DNA of 64,000 bases from Planctomycetota bacterium (GTDB lineage: Bacteria > Planctomycetota > Brocadiia > JAADGH01). Positions 46,737 to 56,940 of this stretch are shown here, in pieces. The translations under genes were made by a program, and so were the position numbers. The stretch lies in assembly GCA_040755855.1 (NCBI GenBank), contig JBFMAD010000003.1, forward strand, positions 160,001 through 224,000, in the 5' to 3' direction. Every line of letters starts with the position of its first letter. The first letter of the stretch is position 1. The notes below the pieces were generated by a model. That model saw only the letters and a list, made by a program, of their open reading frames with translations, was not told the origin of the DNA and made no database searches.

Positions 46737-47474
46737 ATGTCAAAAGACAGAAAAAAGGCGGGGGGGTTTACCCTTGCGGAGATGCTGACGGTGATAGCGA
46801 TCATCGGCATCCTGGCAGGACTCGTCCTCTCCACGCTGCCGAAGGTGCAGGACAGGGCGGAGCGAGTCGTCTGCATGAACACCCTCCGTCAGATTGGCCT
46901 GGCGATGGAGGCCTACACGGCGGACTATCATGGGCGGTATCCGACGCTTAACGGACCGCGCACCCTCGCGGGCCTGGCGGACAATCCGTGGTACTACGCC
47001 CTGAAGTCATACGGCATCGAGGCTAAGTCATTGACCTGTCCATCCGATGAAAACTTCGACCCGGATCGTTTTCCGACAGAGGCAGAATTGACCAACCGCC
47101 TGGTGTATCGCAGCAACAACATCTCCTATGGGATTCAGTATGATTTCAAGGACCTGAGAGGCGTCCCCTATGAGGTCCAGACGCAAGGCGGCTGGGCCGG
47201 AAGCACACCCGACGGGCTGCCTGATGTTCTTGCCGTCGGCGATCTGATCCGTAAAGGGGAAACGATAATGGCCGCCGACAGCGACGGCGACGGCGGCGTC
47301 AGAGGTCCCGATTATGCTATTGACATGACAGGACAGCGTCCAATCGGCGGCAGGCACAAGGGATATGCGAACGTCCTGTATTTTGATCTGCATGTAGAGG
47401 CCAAGCAGGTCATGCCGGAGAAAGGCGTGGACATTAACACTCAGTACCGCTACTGGACGCTGACGAACGATTGA
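46737..47474 (+). CDS. Prepilin-type (DUF1559/H-X9-DG-class) protein
   Basis: GG|FTLAEMLTVIAIIGILAGL; CMNTLRQIG; CPSD; SYG; RHKGYANVLYFDLHV. Confidence 0.88.
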   Translation: MSKDRKKAGGFTLAEMLTVIAIIGILAGLVLSTLPKVQDRAERVVCMNTLRQIGLAMEAYTADYHGRYPTLNGPRTLAGLADNPWYYALKSYGIEAKSLTCPSDENFDPDRFPTEAELTNRLVYRSNNISYGIQYDFKDLRGVPYEVQTQGGWAGSTPDGLPDVLAVGDLIRKGETIMAADSDGDGGVRGPDYAIDMTGQRPIGGRHKGYANVLYFDLHVEAKQVMPEKGVDINTQYRYWTLTND

Positions 47475-47542
47475 ATCCTGGCAAGGACGGCCGCAGTGTT
47501 AATTGTGAGCATACAGTAAGCCTGGGAAAAGGAACCGGAGAA

Positions 47543-48754
47543 ATGGCAACGCCGAGCGATGCAGGGGAAAAGGGAAAGCGCGTTATGGCGGGCCACCTCG
47601 AAGAGGTGGATATCTTCAGCGTGGCTCAATTTCTCATGCTCCAGTCGAAGACCGGCACACTGGAGATGAAAAGCAACGGCAAGAACGGCGCGCTCTATTT
47701 CGCCGGGGGGCAGGTGATCGACGCGCGGGACGACGCCGGCGGCGATCCGGTGGAAATCGCATTCCGTCTCTTCCAGTGGAAGAGCGGCGGCTTCGACTTT
47801 TACGCCACGCCCGCGGCCGTCGAGAAGAAGATCGAAAAGGACACACAGACGCTGCTCTTCGAACTGGCCGTTCGGATGGATGAGGAGAGCGCCAAGGCCG
47901 CCGAACAAACGCCGGTCCCGGGACAGGTTGCCGCAGCTCCTGGGAAGCCCCAGCCCGTGAAGGCAAAGGCCGTCAAGCCCGGCAAGGCCGTGGCGAGGCT
48001 TGTCCACAAGCCCAAAGGCGCCGCCGTAGCCGCGGTGGCCGGCGGGCCCGATATGACCGAGACCCAGTTCATGCAGGCCGTCCAGGACCGCCTGACCGTA
48101 TTTGTGGACGAACTTCCGGATACAACAGGCCGCGAATGGCGGCAGGAGCGGGCCGCCGCCGGAACGCAGGAGGCCCCCTCGCGAAGAACTGGGATCGCTC
48201 TAAGCGTAGTCTCCATAGGTGTCCTGATCATCTTGATTATCTTCGTGTTGAAGACCCGAGAAGCAGATACGCCCGGGCCGGGCGGAGGTCCTGGCGGGCA
48301 GCCGCCGACGGATGATCCCGTGGTCACACTCCCCCCATCCTACACCTTCGTCACCGCCCCGTTCACTCCGGAGCGCGAGGCCGAGGACGCCGTGCGGAAG
48401 ATCGAGTTCAAGTGCACCCCGAACAAAGTAGATGTGATCGGCGACAAGCTGGAGACGGCCGTGGTTGTCCTCCGCGTGGAGGCGGCTTGGGATACCGACC
48501 AGCTCAAGCAGGATGCCACGCACGATGCGGCTAATGTGATCAATGAGATTTTCAACAGCCCCAATTGTCAGACGGTACAGGGCATTGACCTGCGTGTGCA
48601 GTCTCACCTCGGGGTTGGCGACGAATTGAAGAAGTGGAGCGACGTGCTGGTCGTAGATGCAAAGAGGGCCTTGCACAAACCAGTGCGCATACGAGATATC
48701 GAAGAGGCCAAACGGTACCTGGCATTATTCAGCCCGCAGTTCAATCTGAACTAA
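47543..48754 (+). CDS. DUF4388 (PatA-N-like) membrane protein with unknown C-terminal domain
   Basis: GHLEE......Q.L....KTG.L......G.LYF..G.VIDA...W..G.FDF; one TM. Start could be 47585. Confidence 0.8.
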   Translation: MATPSDAGEKGKRVMAGHLEEVDIFSVAQFLMLQSKTGTLEMKSNGKNGALYFAGGQVIDARDDAGGDPVEIAFRLFQWKSGGFDFYATPAAVEKKIEKDTQTLLFELAVRMDEESAKAAEQTPVPGQVAAAPGKPQPVKAKAVKPGKAVARLVHKPKGAAVAAVAGGPDMTETQFMQAVQDRLTVFVDELPDTTGREWRQERAAAGTQEAPSRRTGIALSVVSIGVLIILIIFVLKTREADTPGPGGGPGGQPPTDDPVVTLPPSYTFVTAPFTPEREAEDAVRKIEFKCTPNKVDVIGDKLETAVVVLRVEAAWDTDQLKQDATHDAANVINEIFNSPNCQTVQGIDLRVQSHLGVGDELKKWSDVLVVDAKRALHKPVRIRDIEEAKRYLALFSPQFNLN

Positions 48755-48844
48755 ACGGAGATAGCGGCGAGGATCGTCCGTTAAGACAAAGGGGTGGAGG
48801 GATGTATCAGGCAGTATGTAGTAGCTATCCAAGAGACGGAAAAC

Positions 48845-49750
48845 ATGAAAACTTGTCCCGGCTGTCGGCGGGAACTTGCGCATGATGCGACGGTATGTGA
48901 GTGTGGGATGCGTTTCACGGCAAGTGAAGCCGTGGCCGATCCCGGCGGCGATGCGCCGATAAACACCCCCTCCGCACCGCAACCAAACAGCAACAATACA
49001 AATCATCACGACAACGTACATCCAGACGAGATCGCTCTGAACGACGCAGAGTCGGATGATGTGGACCTCGACGAAGTTGATCTCGATACGGAAGAGATAG
49101 ACCTGGCCGAGGCAGACCTGGATGCGAACTCGACTGAGGAAATTGACGCCAGCGGGACTGCTCTCGAACCTGAAATCCCCGCCTATTCGCGCAGAGAACC
49201 GCCTGCCCCCAAAAAAGTGGGCCCAATGATCGTCATTATCGCCGCCCATGCGGTGATTATCCTCGCCGCTCTCTGCATCTTCTGTCAAAAAGGCCAGCGG
49301 AGCAGCGGGGGAGGATACGATCCCGATTACGACGCGGCACTCTCCCAGGACTATATCACCGAACCAAATACCTCCGCCCGAGGGGTCGAACAGGTGGTTC
49401 GAAACCTTGGTTTGCCCTGCCAAATACTTGAAATTGTTAAAGAAAGCCCCGCAGCGCCCGAGGCGCGTGTCGTGTTGCAGAAGACGACATTCGCGTCCAA
49501 ACAGGAACTCTGCAAAGAGGCCGAAATGGCCGTCGTCCGTGTGGGCAACGAGGTCTTGCGCCGCGACGAACGGGTCCGCTCCGTTTACGTCGAAATCCGG
49601 GCCTACCTCATAAGCCGAAATCAGAGCGATTCCATCATCATGGTGACCTTCGACCGGTCCAAGGTGAACGGAACAATGAAGGGCATGTCACCGAGAGAGG
49701 TCCTCCAGTTCTTCGGCGCCACCTATCACGCCAGCCTGAAAGAGGAATGA
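48845..49750 (+). CDS. Zn-ribbon/acidic-linker membrane protein with unknown C-terminal domain
   Basis: CPGC...CECG; D/E-rich pentapeptide run; TM; globular tail. Confidence 0.75.
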   Translation: MKTCPGCRRELAHDATVCECGMRFTASEAVADPGGDAPINTPSAPQPNSNNTNHHDNVHPDEIALNDAESDDVDLDEVDLDTEEIDLAEADLDANSTEEIDASGTALEPEIPAYSRREPPAPKKVGPMIVIIAAHAVIILAALCIFCQKGQRSSGGGYDPDYDAALSQDYITEPNTSARGVEQVVRNLGLPCQILEIVKESPAAPEARVVLQKTTFASKQELCKEAEMAVVRVGNEVLRRDERVRSVYVEIRAYLISRNQSDSIIMVTFDRSKVNGTMKGMSPREVLQFFGATYHASLKEE

Positions 49751-49760
49751 GCCGACCATC

Positions 49761-51104
49761 TCAGTGCTCGATCATGCGCCAATAGGCCCCATACTCGAAG
49801 TCCCGGCTACGCTCCTTCTCGTGACAGCGCAGGCATCCCGCCCGTGTGGCCGGTCGAAGCGTCGTCTCGCCTGACGTTTCGTTCTTCTTGGCGCGGTAGC
49901 AGTCCACGTGCCTCTTCCCCCGCCCGTGGCAGTTCTCGCACTGCACATTGGTCAGGTAAAGAGTTAGCCTCTGGGACCGATACCCGTCCGGCGACCCCAG
50001 GCCGACCACATGGCATCCCAGGCAGTCCCGGTCATACTCATACTTCTTTGCGGCGAGTGTGGCGAAGGCGCGGGCATGATCCGATGTCTTCCACGCCTCA
50101 TACGCCTCCTTGTGGCACTCTCTGCACTCCTCCGCTCCCACGTATCGGTCCGCGCCCTGCGCCTGCTTCCCGGCCACAATGATCTCCAGCGCCTCATGCG
50201 TCGTGGCATCGCTCAGCTCCTTCGCCTTCTGCTCCTCCTTCATCTGCGCAATGACCGATGCCATCTGCGGATCTTCGGCATATTCCTCCCCCAGCTCGAT
50301 GATTTCCCCCGTATGCTTCACCGCCGCCCCATTTTTGTCAAAGCAAATCTCCAGCCGTCCCAGCATTCTCCCCTTATCCGCCACGGCTGCCAGGATTGAT
50401 TGGTTCACTTTCGGCGGCTGCCGCGTCGGCTCGCGCACCGTCCCTCCCAGGATCACATCCACCTCGTACAGCTTCTCCGCCAGGCGGCCCATCCCCTCGA
50501 AGTCCGTGCACGCGGCAAGGATGAGAAAATCACACCGCCCCTTTAACTCAGGAAGGAGACGAAGAAGGGCCATCTCCGGGTCCAGCGCAGCCAGCCCCGG
50601 ACCGGGCCTCTCCACATCATTTGCCAGAATGCCTGTGACGCCTACCCGGAGCCCGCCGACGTCCCGGACGATATACGGCCGGACCACCGGCAGTCGCGTC
50701 TCGGCGTCAACTACATTCGCAGACACGAAAGGGACCTTCGTCGCCGCCGCCATGCGAACCAGATCGTCCCGGCCGAGAGCCGCCTCCCGCTGGCCCACAT
50801 TCAGGGCGGCATAGTCCATCTTCTCCAACCCCATCAGGATGTACTTGAATTTCAACTTATCCCACTCCCGCGCCCCGCGCGTGGCGTTGCCGACCTCGAT
50901 GAGCAGCCGCGCCGACGATCCCCGACCCCGGATCGCCGTCGCCCGCCTCGGCAGCCCGCCGGATTGCTTGTCAATGCACCCGCATGGCTCGATATTCCCC
51001 CGCATGTCGCTGGAAAAATAAATTACCAGCGCATTCGGGGGCGATTTCTTCGAGCAGCCGGCGAAGACCATCGCAACAAAAAGTGGTACAAGTATCCGGA
51101 TCAT
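49761..51104 (-). CDS. Lipoprotein: degenerate 5'-nucleotidase/UshA-like domain fused to a tetraheme c554-like cytochrome
   Basis: Lipobox FAGC; EPCGC...GGL.RR; PFVSANV; CRECH, CLGCH, CENCH, CLRCH. Confidence 0.88.
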   Translation of the reverse strand: MIRILVPLFVAMVFAGCSKKSPPNALVIYFSSDMRGNIEPCGCIDKQSGGLPRRATAIRGRGSSARLLIEVGNATRGAREWDKLKFKYILMGLEKMDYAALNVGQREAALGRDDLVRMAAATKVPFVSANVVDAETRLPVVRPYIVRDVGGLRVGVTGILANDVERPGPGLAALDPEMALLRLLPELKGRCDFLILAACTDFEGMGRLAEKLYEVDVILGGTVREPTRQPPKVNQSILAAVADKGRMLGRLEICFDKNGAAVKHTGEIIELGEEYAEDPQMASVIAQMKEEQKAKELSDATTHEALEIIVAGKQAQGADRYVGAEECRECHKEAYEAWKTSDHARAFATLAAKKYEYDRDCLGCHVVGLGSPDGYRSQRLTLYLTNVQCENCHGRGKRHVDCYRAKKNETSGETTLRPATRAGCLRCHEKERSRDFEYGAYWRMIEH

Positions 51105-51152
51105 CTTGTCCGTCTTCTCTTTCTTCTGTCTCCTGTATTCTATATCCCGCCT

Positions 51153-51809
51153 TCAGTGCAGCAGCGCATACGCCAACACGTTCGCGTTGATCTCGTCGGC
51201 GTTGTGAATCTCGCTCCCTCCGCAGCAGCAGCACCCGCGGACATGCTGGGTGGAGTTCAGTCCCAATGCGGCGTAGATCATTACCAACCGACCGTTGATG
51301 ACCATCCCCTCTAAGTATCCGTGATGTCGCCCGTGACGAGTGGCGATGCTGCCGATGTCGTAAACCGTACGAAACACCGGATGGTCCATGGGTAGTTTTA
51401 CCAACTCGAACTCGGGAAACACCACCCGCATCTCATTGCGGAACGCCCCGTCCCACTGCTTGTTCGAGCACCCTGACGACGCCAGCAGGAACCCGCCGCG
51501 CATCAGATAGTCCCGCAGGTTGTGCCGCTCCATGTCCGTCAGTTGGAAGCCCCCCTCGCCGCTCATGATGGCAAAGGGATAGGTGTAAATCTCGTCTGTC
51601 TCCAGCTTGACCGGCCGGAAGTGGGGCTCCACACGGATACTTGTGTCCCGACGGAGGCGCGCAAGGAACCCGTCGCTGAAGCACACAGCGCTCTTCGTCC
51701 GGGCATACACCAAGTTGGCGCACTCCACCTCCGGCGGCTCCTGCGCATTGCTCTCGAAGCACAATAACCCAATGAAAAGGGTCAACGCCGCGGCATGGCG
51801 ACTATTCAT
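51153..51809 (-). CDS. DUF4159-domain secreted protein
   Basis: YPF..MSG.G.F.LT..E..NLR.YL.RGGFL; LP.DHPVF; GRL; N.L.YAL. Confidence 0.85.
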   Translation of the reverse strand: MNSRHAAALTLFIGLLCFESNAQEPPEVECANLVYARTKSAVCFSDGFLARLRRDTSIRVEPHFRPVKLETDEIYTYPFAIMSGEGGFQLTDMERHNLRDYLMRGGFLLASSGCSNKQWDGAFRNEMRVVFPEFELVKLPMDHPVFRTVYDIGSIATRHGRHHGYLEGMVINGRLVMIYAALGLNSTQHVRGCCCCGGSEIHNADEINANVLAYALLH

Positions 51810-54700
51810 TCGTCTTCCTCCTCGGCGACCACCTTGAAGTATTCCTCCACCAGACGTTTATACTCATCGGCGTAGTTCTCCGCCCCCTTCACTGTGAATT
51901 CGATAGATCGGTCCTCCACCCGCATTGTCTCCGTCGCGTCTTTCCCCGGCTGTGCCGCGCGGTCCGATGTCGCCGGTTGTTTCGGATCCTTTCTCTCCCC
52001 GGAGAGCGACTCCCCCCCGGACTCGGAGTTTGGGCCGTACAGGGGGACCGAGCGCGCCTCCCCATAGAGACCCCCCTCACCCTCTCCGCCCCCCCCGCCG
52101 TGGCCGCGACCGGACTTCCCCATCCGCCCCCGAAGCGCGGCAAGGAACTGATCCAGCGTCGAACCCATCTCCCCCTGCTTCATGCCCATCCGCCGCTCCA
52201 GGCGCCCGTCGCCGAAGGGGCATTTTGCATTGCCCGCGCTGCACTGCTTGCACTCCTGCCCCGTTCCCTCCATCCCTTCTAATGCCTTCTTCGCGCTTGC
52301 ATGGCCGTTCACCCCCGCCGCCATCCGCATCAGCCCTGCGGCGGCGGACATGTTTTGTTGAATTTCCTTTCTGTTAATTTCATCGGCAACCTGCCCCGCC
52401 GCTTTCGATAAATCCGGGGACTCCTTCTCCAGTGCACTGCCATGCTTCCGGAGGTCCTTCTGCACCTCCCCCAACTCGCCCTCGATCTCCTGCTGCTCTC
52501 GGGCCAGTTCCTGCATCTGCCGCCGGTCCGCCTCCGTTGCGTTGCTTGGGTCCTTGCCGCGGAAGCGCTCCATCCGCTTCACCAAGTCGCGCTGCCGGTC
52601 GGTTAGTTCCTTGAACCGTTCCGCATCTTCGTATAACCGCAGCACGTCGGCCATCTTGTCCAACGGCTCGTTCACATCTCGGCCCATCCGTCCCGCCATT
52701 TGGCCCAGGCGGTCGGCCGCCTTGCGTTGCGCGCCCTGCGACTGCGCCAGGCTGTTCGCCCGCTGGTTCCCGCTCTGCTTCTGCGCGTCCCGCATCTGTT
52801 GCGACGCCTGCTGCATGTCTTGCTCAGCGACCTGTCGTAGCTGCTCCGCCATCTCCCCCTGCTTCTGTTGGAACGCCCTCTCCACGTCGTATAGCGGCGG
52901 TTCCTTCGACATCTGCTCCAGCCGCCGGGCCAGCGACTCGGTCTGATCTTTCAGGTGTTGCTGCTCGTCGGCCAAGTCCTTCAGCCGCTCTCCATCCGCT
53001 TTGCTCGGCTCCTTGCCCTCTTTGGCTTCTTTCTCGGTCTTCTCCTGCAGCTCGGCGACCTGTTGCGCCAACTCGTCCTGCTTCTCGGCCATCTCGCGGA
53101 GTTGGTCGCGGATCCCCTCATACTTCCGCAACAGGTCCTCGATGGTCTTCTCCTGCCGAACCAGCTTCTGGTAATCCTCCAGCGAGAGGACCTCGATCTT
53201 CCGCACCTTCGTGTCCGCCGAGCGCGGCCCGCCGGGGAAGGCGTCGTGGGCCGTCGCGTAGTACTCGATCACATCCCCCGGCTTCGCGCCGAGTTTCTTC
53301 AGATCGAAAGGCGTCGCGTGCGTCATGGCCCGGCAAGGCGGCTCCTTCACGTTCACTGTCTCGCTCTGCCAGTCGCCATTGTTGATCTTCCGATGCACGT
53401 CAATCCGGCTGAGTCCATAGTCGTCCTCCGCCCGCGCCTCGGCGGCGATGGTAGAGTCCGGCGTAGCCTTGACATCCGCCGTCGGCGCGACGAAGGAGAT
53501 CGTCGGCGCCCGGTCGTCCAGCAGGCGCACCGGCCGCTTGAATTCGTCGCGGCTCTCGATCCCCTCGGCGTCCGTCAGGCGGAGGTTGAACGTCCCCGTC
53601 GCCACGATCGCAAATTCACCGCCGACCTTCTTGTCTTCCCGCGGGATCGCCTTCATGGGCTGCGGCTCCGCACCGTAAACGTCCGCCGGTTCGAGCGCGA
53701 TTGCCCCGCTCGCGAGGGGGCGATTTGAGATCGCCTCCAGCGTCACCTTCGTCCCCTGCACCCCCTCGACGCCTGTTTTTCCAACCGTCTCGGTCCGCGA
53801 TTCGAGGTGGGTATATGGCGGGTATTCATACGTCGCCAGCACCCGCTCAAACCGGGGATGCAGCACCACCTGCACCCGATACCACTTGCTCCGGCACCGG
53901 TATCCCCGGATGCAGTAGTCCAGGTCCGCCCGCAGGTTCTCGATCTTCTGGAAGTACTCCCGCTCGCCCGTTCGGAGGAGGGCCATGCGGGTCTCCGCCC
54001 AGTCGGCGCATCGGGTGCAGAGGGCCAGTTCCTGAGGGATCGGCCCCTTGATCGCGGCGCGGACCGTCACGCCCTCGCCGTAGAAAACGCTCACCCCCTT
54101 CGGCTCCACGTCGAATCTTGTGAATGAGAACGGCGGGTGGTCGCCGAAGGGGTCAACGTATCGCGGGATGATGGCCCAATACACCGACGGCGCGCAAACC
54201 AGCGTCGCCAGCGCCGCGAACAACACCCCGGCCAAAATGCGTCGCTCCCGCACCAGATTCTTCCGCGGGACGCACTCGATCGGCTGCACCGCCCCCACGC
54301 GCTCCTCTGCGCGGGCCACCTCGCGCTTCATGAGGGGGACCGACATCCCCGCGCCGCCGTCGGCTAAGACATCGGCGAACTCGACGGCGTTGATCAGTAC
54401 GTTGTCTAAGTCGGCATGCCTCTGCTCGATCATCATGGCCAGACCGCGCCGGTCGCGCGCCTCGCGCCGGGCGCGTCTTGCCAGCGCGAATGCAAATGCA
54501 GCGACGCCAAACACGGCGGCCGCATCGAGGGCTGCACGCGCCCATGACCCGCACTGGAACACCAAGTCAACGGCGACGAGCACGAGCACAGCCAAGACGC
54601 ACACCCTGACGAACGCAAACGCCCTCGTCCATGCGCAGACCCACCTAAATCGCCCGCGCAGGTCCATGAGTATCTTGTCCACGTTTTTTGTCTGTTCCAT
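51806..54700 (-). CDS. DUF4175-like membrane protein (TM, Ig-like domains, long coiled coil)
   Basis: Start at MEQTK; L.N.LINA.EF; YPPYT; D.AP; AEDDYGL; Q-rich coil; Y...V.EYF terminus. Confidence 0.8.
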   Translation of the reverse strand: MEQTKNVDKILMDLRGRFRWVCAWTRAFAFVRVCVLAVLVLVAVDLVFQCGSWARAALDAAAVFGVAAFAFALARRARREARDRRGLAMMIEQRHADLDNVLINAVEFADVLADGGAGMSVPLMKREVARAEERVGAVQPIECVPRKNLVRERRILAGVLFAALATLVCAPSVYWAIIPRYVDPFGDHPPFSFTRFDVEPKGVSVFYGEGVTVRAAIKGPIPQELALCTRCADWAETRMALLRTGEREYFQKIENLRADLDYCIRGYRCRSKWYRVQVVLHPRFERVLATYEYPPYTHLESRTETVGKTGVEGVQGTKVTLEAISNRPLASGAIALEPADVYGAEPQPMKAIPREDKKVGGEFAIVATGTFNLRLTDAEGIESRDEFKRPVRLLDDRAPTISFVAPTADVKATPDSTIAAEARAEDDYGLSRIDVHRKINNGDWQSETVNVKEPPCRAMTHATPFDLKKLGAKPGDVIEYYATAHDAFPGGPRSADTKVRKIEVLSLEDYQKLVRQEKTIEDLLRKYEGIRDQLREMAEKQDELAQQVAELQEKTEKEAKEGKEPSKADGERLKDLADEQQHLKDQTESLARRLEQMSKEPPLYDVERAFQQKQGEMAEQLRQVAEQDMQQASQQMRDAQKQSGNQRANSLAQSQGAQRKAADRLGQMAGRMGRDVNEPLDKMADVLRLYEDAERFKELTDRQRDLVKRMERFRGKDPSNATEADRRQMQELAREQQEIEGELGEVQKDLRKHGSALEKESPDLSKAAGQVADEINRKEIQQNMSAAAGLMRMAAGVNGHASAKKALEGMEGTGQECKQCSAGNAKCPFGDGRLERRMGMKQGEMGSTLDQFLAALRGRMGKSGRGHGGGGGEGEGGLYGEARSVPLYGPNSESGGESLSGERKDPKQPATSDRAAQPGKDATETMRVEDRSIEFTVKGAENYADEYKRLVEEYFKVVAEEEDE

Positions 54701-54702
54701 GG

Positions 54703-56940
54703 TCAGATCAATCCGCCCCTCCGCCGGAGAAACCATTCGATCCCGAAGAGCGCCGCGATCATCCAAAAGACGGGGTTTCGGTCCCAGATCTCCGCAAGTT
54801 GCACGTCTTTCTGCCTTTCCCCTTCCCGGGCCTGCAACAGGCCGCGCAGCGAGTCGAGCTGGTCTGGGGGGATCGTCGCGCCGCCGGACAGCTCGGCCAG
54901 CCGTTTCATCACCGCCGGCTTTGCCGCGCAGCGGAGGTCCTCCAGCGCGTCGGCATAAACGGTGAATCGGGTCGTCAAGTCCTCTTTGCTCCCGATCTGC
55001 TTCAGGACGCCGACATGCTCCCCCTGCTGCCGCGGGAAATAGCTGCCCGTGTAGGCGCCGGGGAGGTCCGGGTCGGAATACAGAGCAATCGCTTGCGTCT
55101 TCCCGTTCGGCTCCCGGACTTCGACCCTCGGCTCGGCGGCGTCCTGCCCCGGGGAGCGCGTTCGCACGTAGAATGTCACTTCGTCGCCCATGCTGTAGCT
55201 CATGGCGCTGGTCTGGAAGGCCATGTCGCTGCCGGGGGCGAAATCGGTTTCCGCCATCAGCCACCGGAGCATCTGCCCCCAGAAGCGGGCATAAACCGTG
55301 TCGTACTCCTTCAGTCGGTCCGGCAGGAAGGCCCACCGCCACAGCCCGGCGGCCGACACGCCGAGCGTCTTTCCCTTGCCGTAGCGCTGAAACACGACGA
55401 GGGGCGCATCGTCCCGCCCGACACCCTGGCGTCCACGCGCCTTAGCGAGGGTGACCGCCAGCAACTTCTGTTTGCCCGGCATCTCGGCATACAGCATGGG
55501 CGGCAGCTTGCGCAGGACGACCTCGGTCGGCTCGCCGGGGGATAGGGCCAGAGACGGGTTCGACCGACCCTCGGCTGTCACTTCGACCGCCACATCGCGC
55601 ACCCCCTCACCCGACCATGCAATCGGGGAGAGTTTCTCCAGGCCCGGCAGACCGTCCAAGTTCGGCCTGCCACGGGCGAAGATCAGCACCCCACCCTTCT
55701 CCGTGAGGAACGCCTTCAGCAGATCGGCGTAGTCGTCATCCACCATGCTGTCAATCCGCTTGCCGAGGATGACAATGTCATAGGCAAAGAGATCGTCGCG
55801 GGAGCGCGGGAGCGCGACCTGGCGCGATGGGATCGTGCTGTCGCCGCGCTCGTCTTCCGCAATTGCGAAGACCTTGCTCTGCGCCACGCGGAAGACGCTC
55901 GTAAGGGCGACATTCGGATCCTGCCGCAGGGACTGCGCGAGGAACTTGCTGTCCCAGTAAGGCTCGCCATCGAGGAAGAGTACCTTGATCTTCTCGGCCA
56001 GGACGCTGAGGAAAACCGTTCGATGGTTGTTCTCCACCGTCGCCTCACCGTCCAGTGGGTCGGTTACGAGGGTGTACTTCGCGACGCCTGGTTTGCGCTC
56101 GACGATCGGGAAGCTGACGGTGTGTTTGGATTGTCCCTTAAATTCCACCCATTCCTCGCCCGCAATCCCCCCGTTTTCATGAAGGAGCCGGACCTTTACG
56201 GCGGCGCGATCGTATCCCTGCTGAAGCACGTCGGCCTCGATAAGCGATTTCTGGTTCACAAAAACAAAATTCTGCCGGCTGCGGCTGACAATGGAGACGT
56301 CCCGGGCCTCCCCTTCCGTCCCGATGCAGCAGGTCCAGAGGGGGACGTCCATCGAGCGGGCGCGGCGCGCGGCGTGGTCCACATCCCCGCCGCTGTTGTC
56401 GTGGCCGTCGGAGAGAATAAGCACGCCGGCCAGCTCCGTGCGTCCGTCTTCGCCCCGGTTCACCAGGTTCAACAGGCTTCCTGCGAGGTCGGTGCGGTCC
56501 CCGTCGGCGCGTTTGATAGATTGAAACTCGTCGGCGGTGAGGGAGGCCGCCTTGTCGGAGAATTCGCAAAACTCGATATCATAGTCACGCGACAAGTCGT
56601 CGAACAGCGTCTTGGCGCAGTAGATCAGCTTCTTCTCCACGGAGAGGCGCGACTTGCCGTCCATATCCTCGACGTTCATGCTCCGGGAGGTATCGAGCAG
56701 GACGCTGAGGATCGGTTTCTCACCCGTCTTTTCCTCAGGAACGGGGCGCATGGGCTTGAGAAGAATCATCGCAATTGCGACAATCCCCATGCCGCGCAGC
56801 AGCGCGAGGGCGACCCGCTGAACCGGCGCAAGCCGGCCCGCACCGCGAGCGTAGGCGTAGCCGACCAGCGCCAGCGCCGCGCCGGCCATCGCCACGATGG
56901 CGGAGACAGGGATCATGGGCTGGAACACGATGTCGCTCAT
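54703..56940 (-). CDS. Membrane vWA + glutamine-amidotransferase-like protein
   Basis: MIDAS DTSRSM, T, LSDG; KVLFLDGEP; G.GK, WRW, FW; EW..RRR.GL. Confidence 0.85.
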   Translation of the reverse strand: MSDIVFQPMIPVSAIVAMAGAALALVGYAYARGAGRLAPVQRVALALLRGMGIVAIAMILLKPMRPVPEEKTGEKPILSVLLDTSRSMNVEDMDGKSRLSVEKKLIYCAKTLFDDLSRDYDIEFCEFSDKAASLTADEFQSIKRADGDRTDLAGSLLNLVNRGEDGRTELAGVLILSDGHDNSGGDVDHAARRARSMDVPLWTCCIGTEGEARDVSIVSRSRQNFVFVNQKSLIEADVLQQGYDRAAVKVRLLHENGGIAGEEWVEFKGQSKHTVSFPIVERKPGVAKYTLVTDPLDGEATVENNHRTVFLSVLAEKIKVLFLDGEPYWDSKFLAQSLRQDPNVALTSVFRVAQSKVFAIAEDERGDSTIPSRQVALPRSRDDLFAYDIVILGKRIDSMVDDDYADLLKAFLTEKGGVLIFARGRPNLDGLPGLEKLSPIAWSGEGVRDVAVEVTAEGRSNPSLALSPGEPTEVVLRKLPPMLYAEMPGKQKLLAVTLAKARGRQGVGRDDAPLVVFQRYGKGKTLGVSAAGLWRWAFLPDRLKEYDTVYARFWGQMLRWLMAETDFAPGSDMAFQTSAMSYSMGDEVTFYVRTRSPGQDAAEPRVEVREPNGKTQAIALYSDPDLPGAYTGSYFPRQQGEHVGVLKQIGSKEDLTTRFTVYADALEDLRCAAKPAVMKRLAELSGGATIPPDQLDSLRGLLQAREGERQKDVQLAEIWDRNPVFWMIAALFGIEWFLRRRGGLI

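Noticed and set aside
47360..47400. Inactivated H-X9-DG motif (H-X9-DL) in the prepilin
   Set aside because: A single-residue variant of a variable motif; not enough to call loss of function.
50970..51000. Selenocysteine recoding in the CGC motif
   Set aside because: Both codons are TGC; there is no in-frame TGA.
54701..55342. N-terminal 214 aa of the 1178-aa ORF
   Set aside because: Overlaps the vWA-GATase gene; the ATG at 54700 directly follows that gene's stop.
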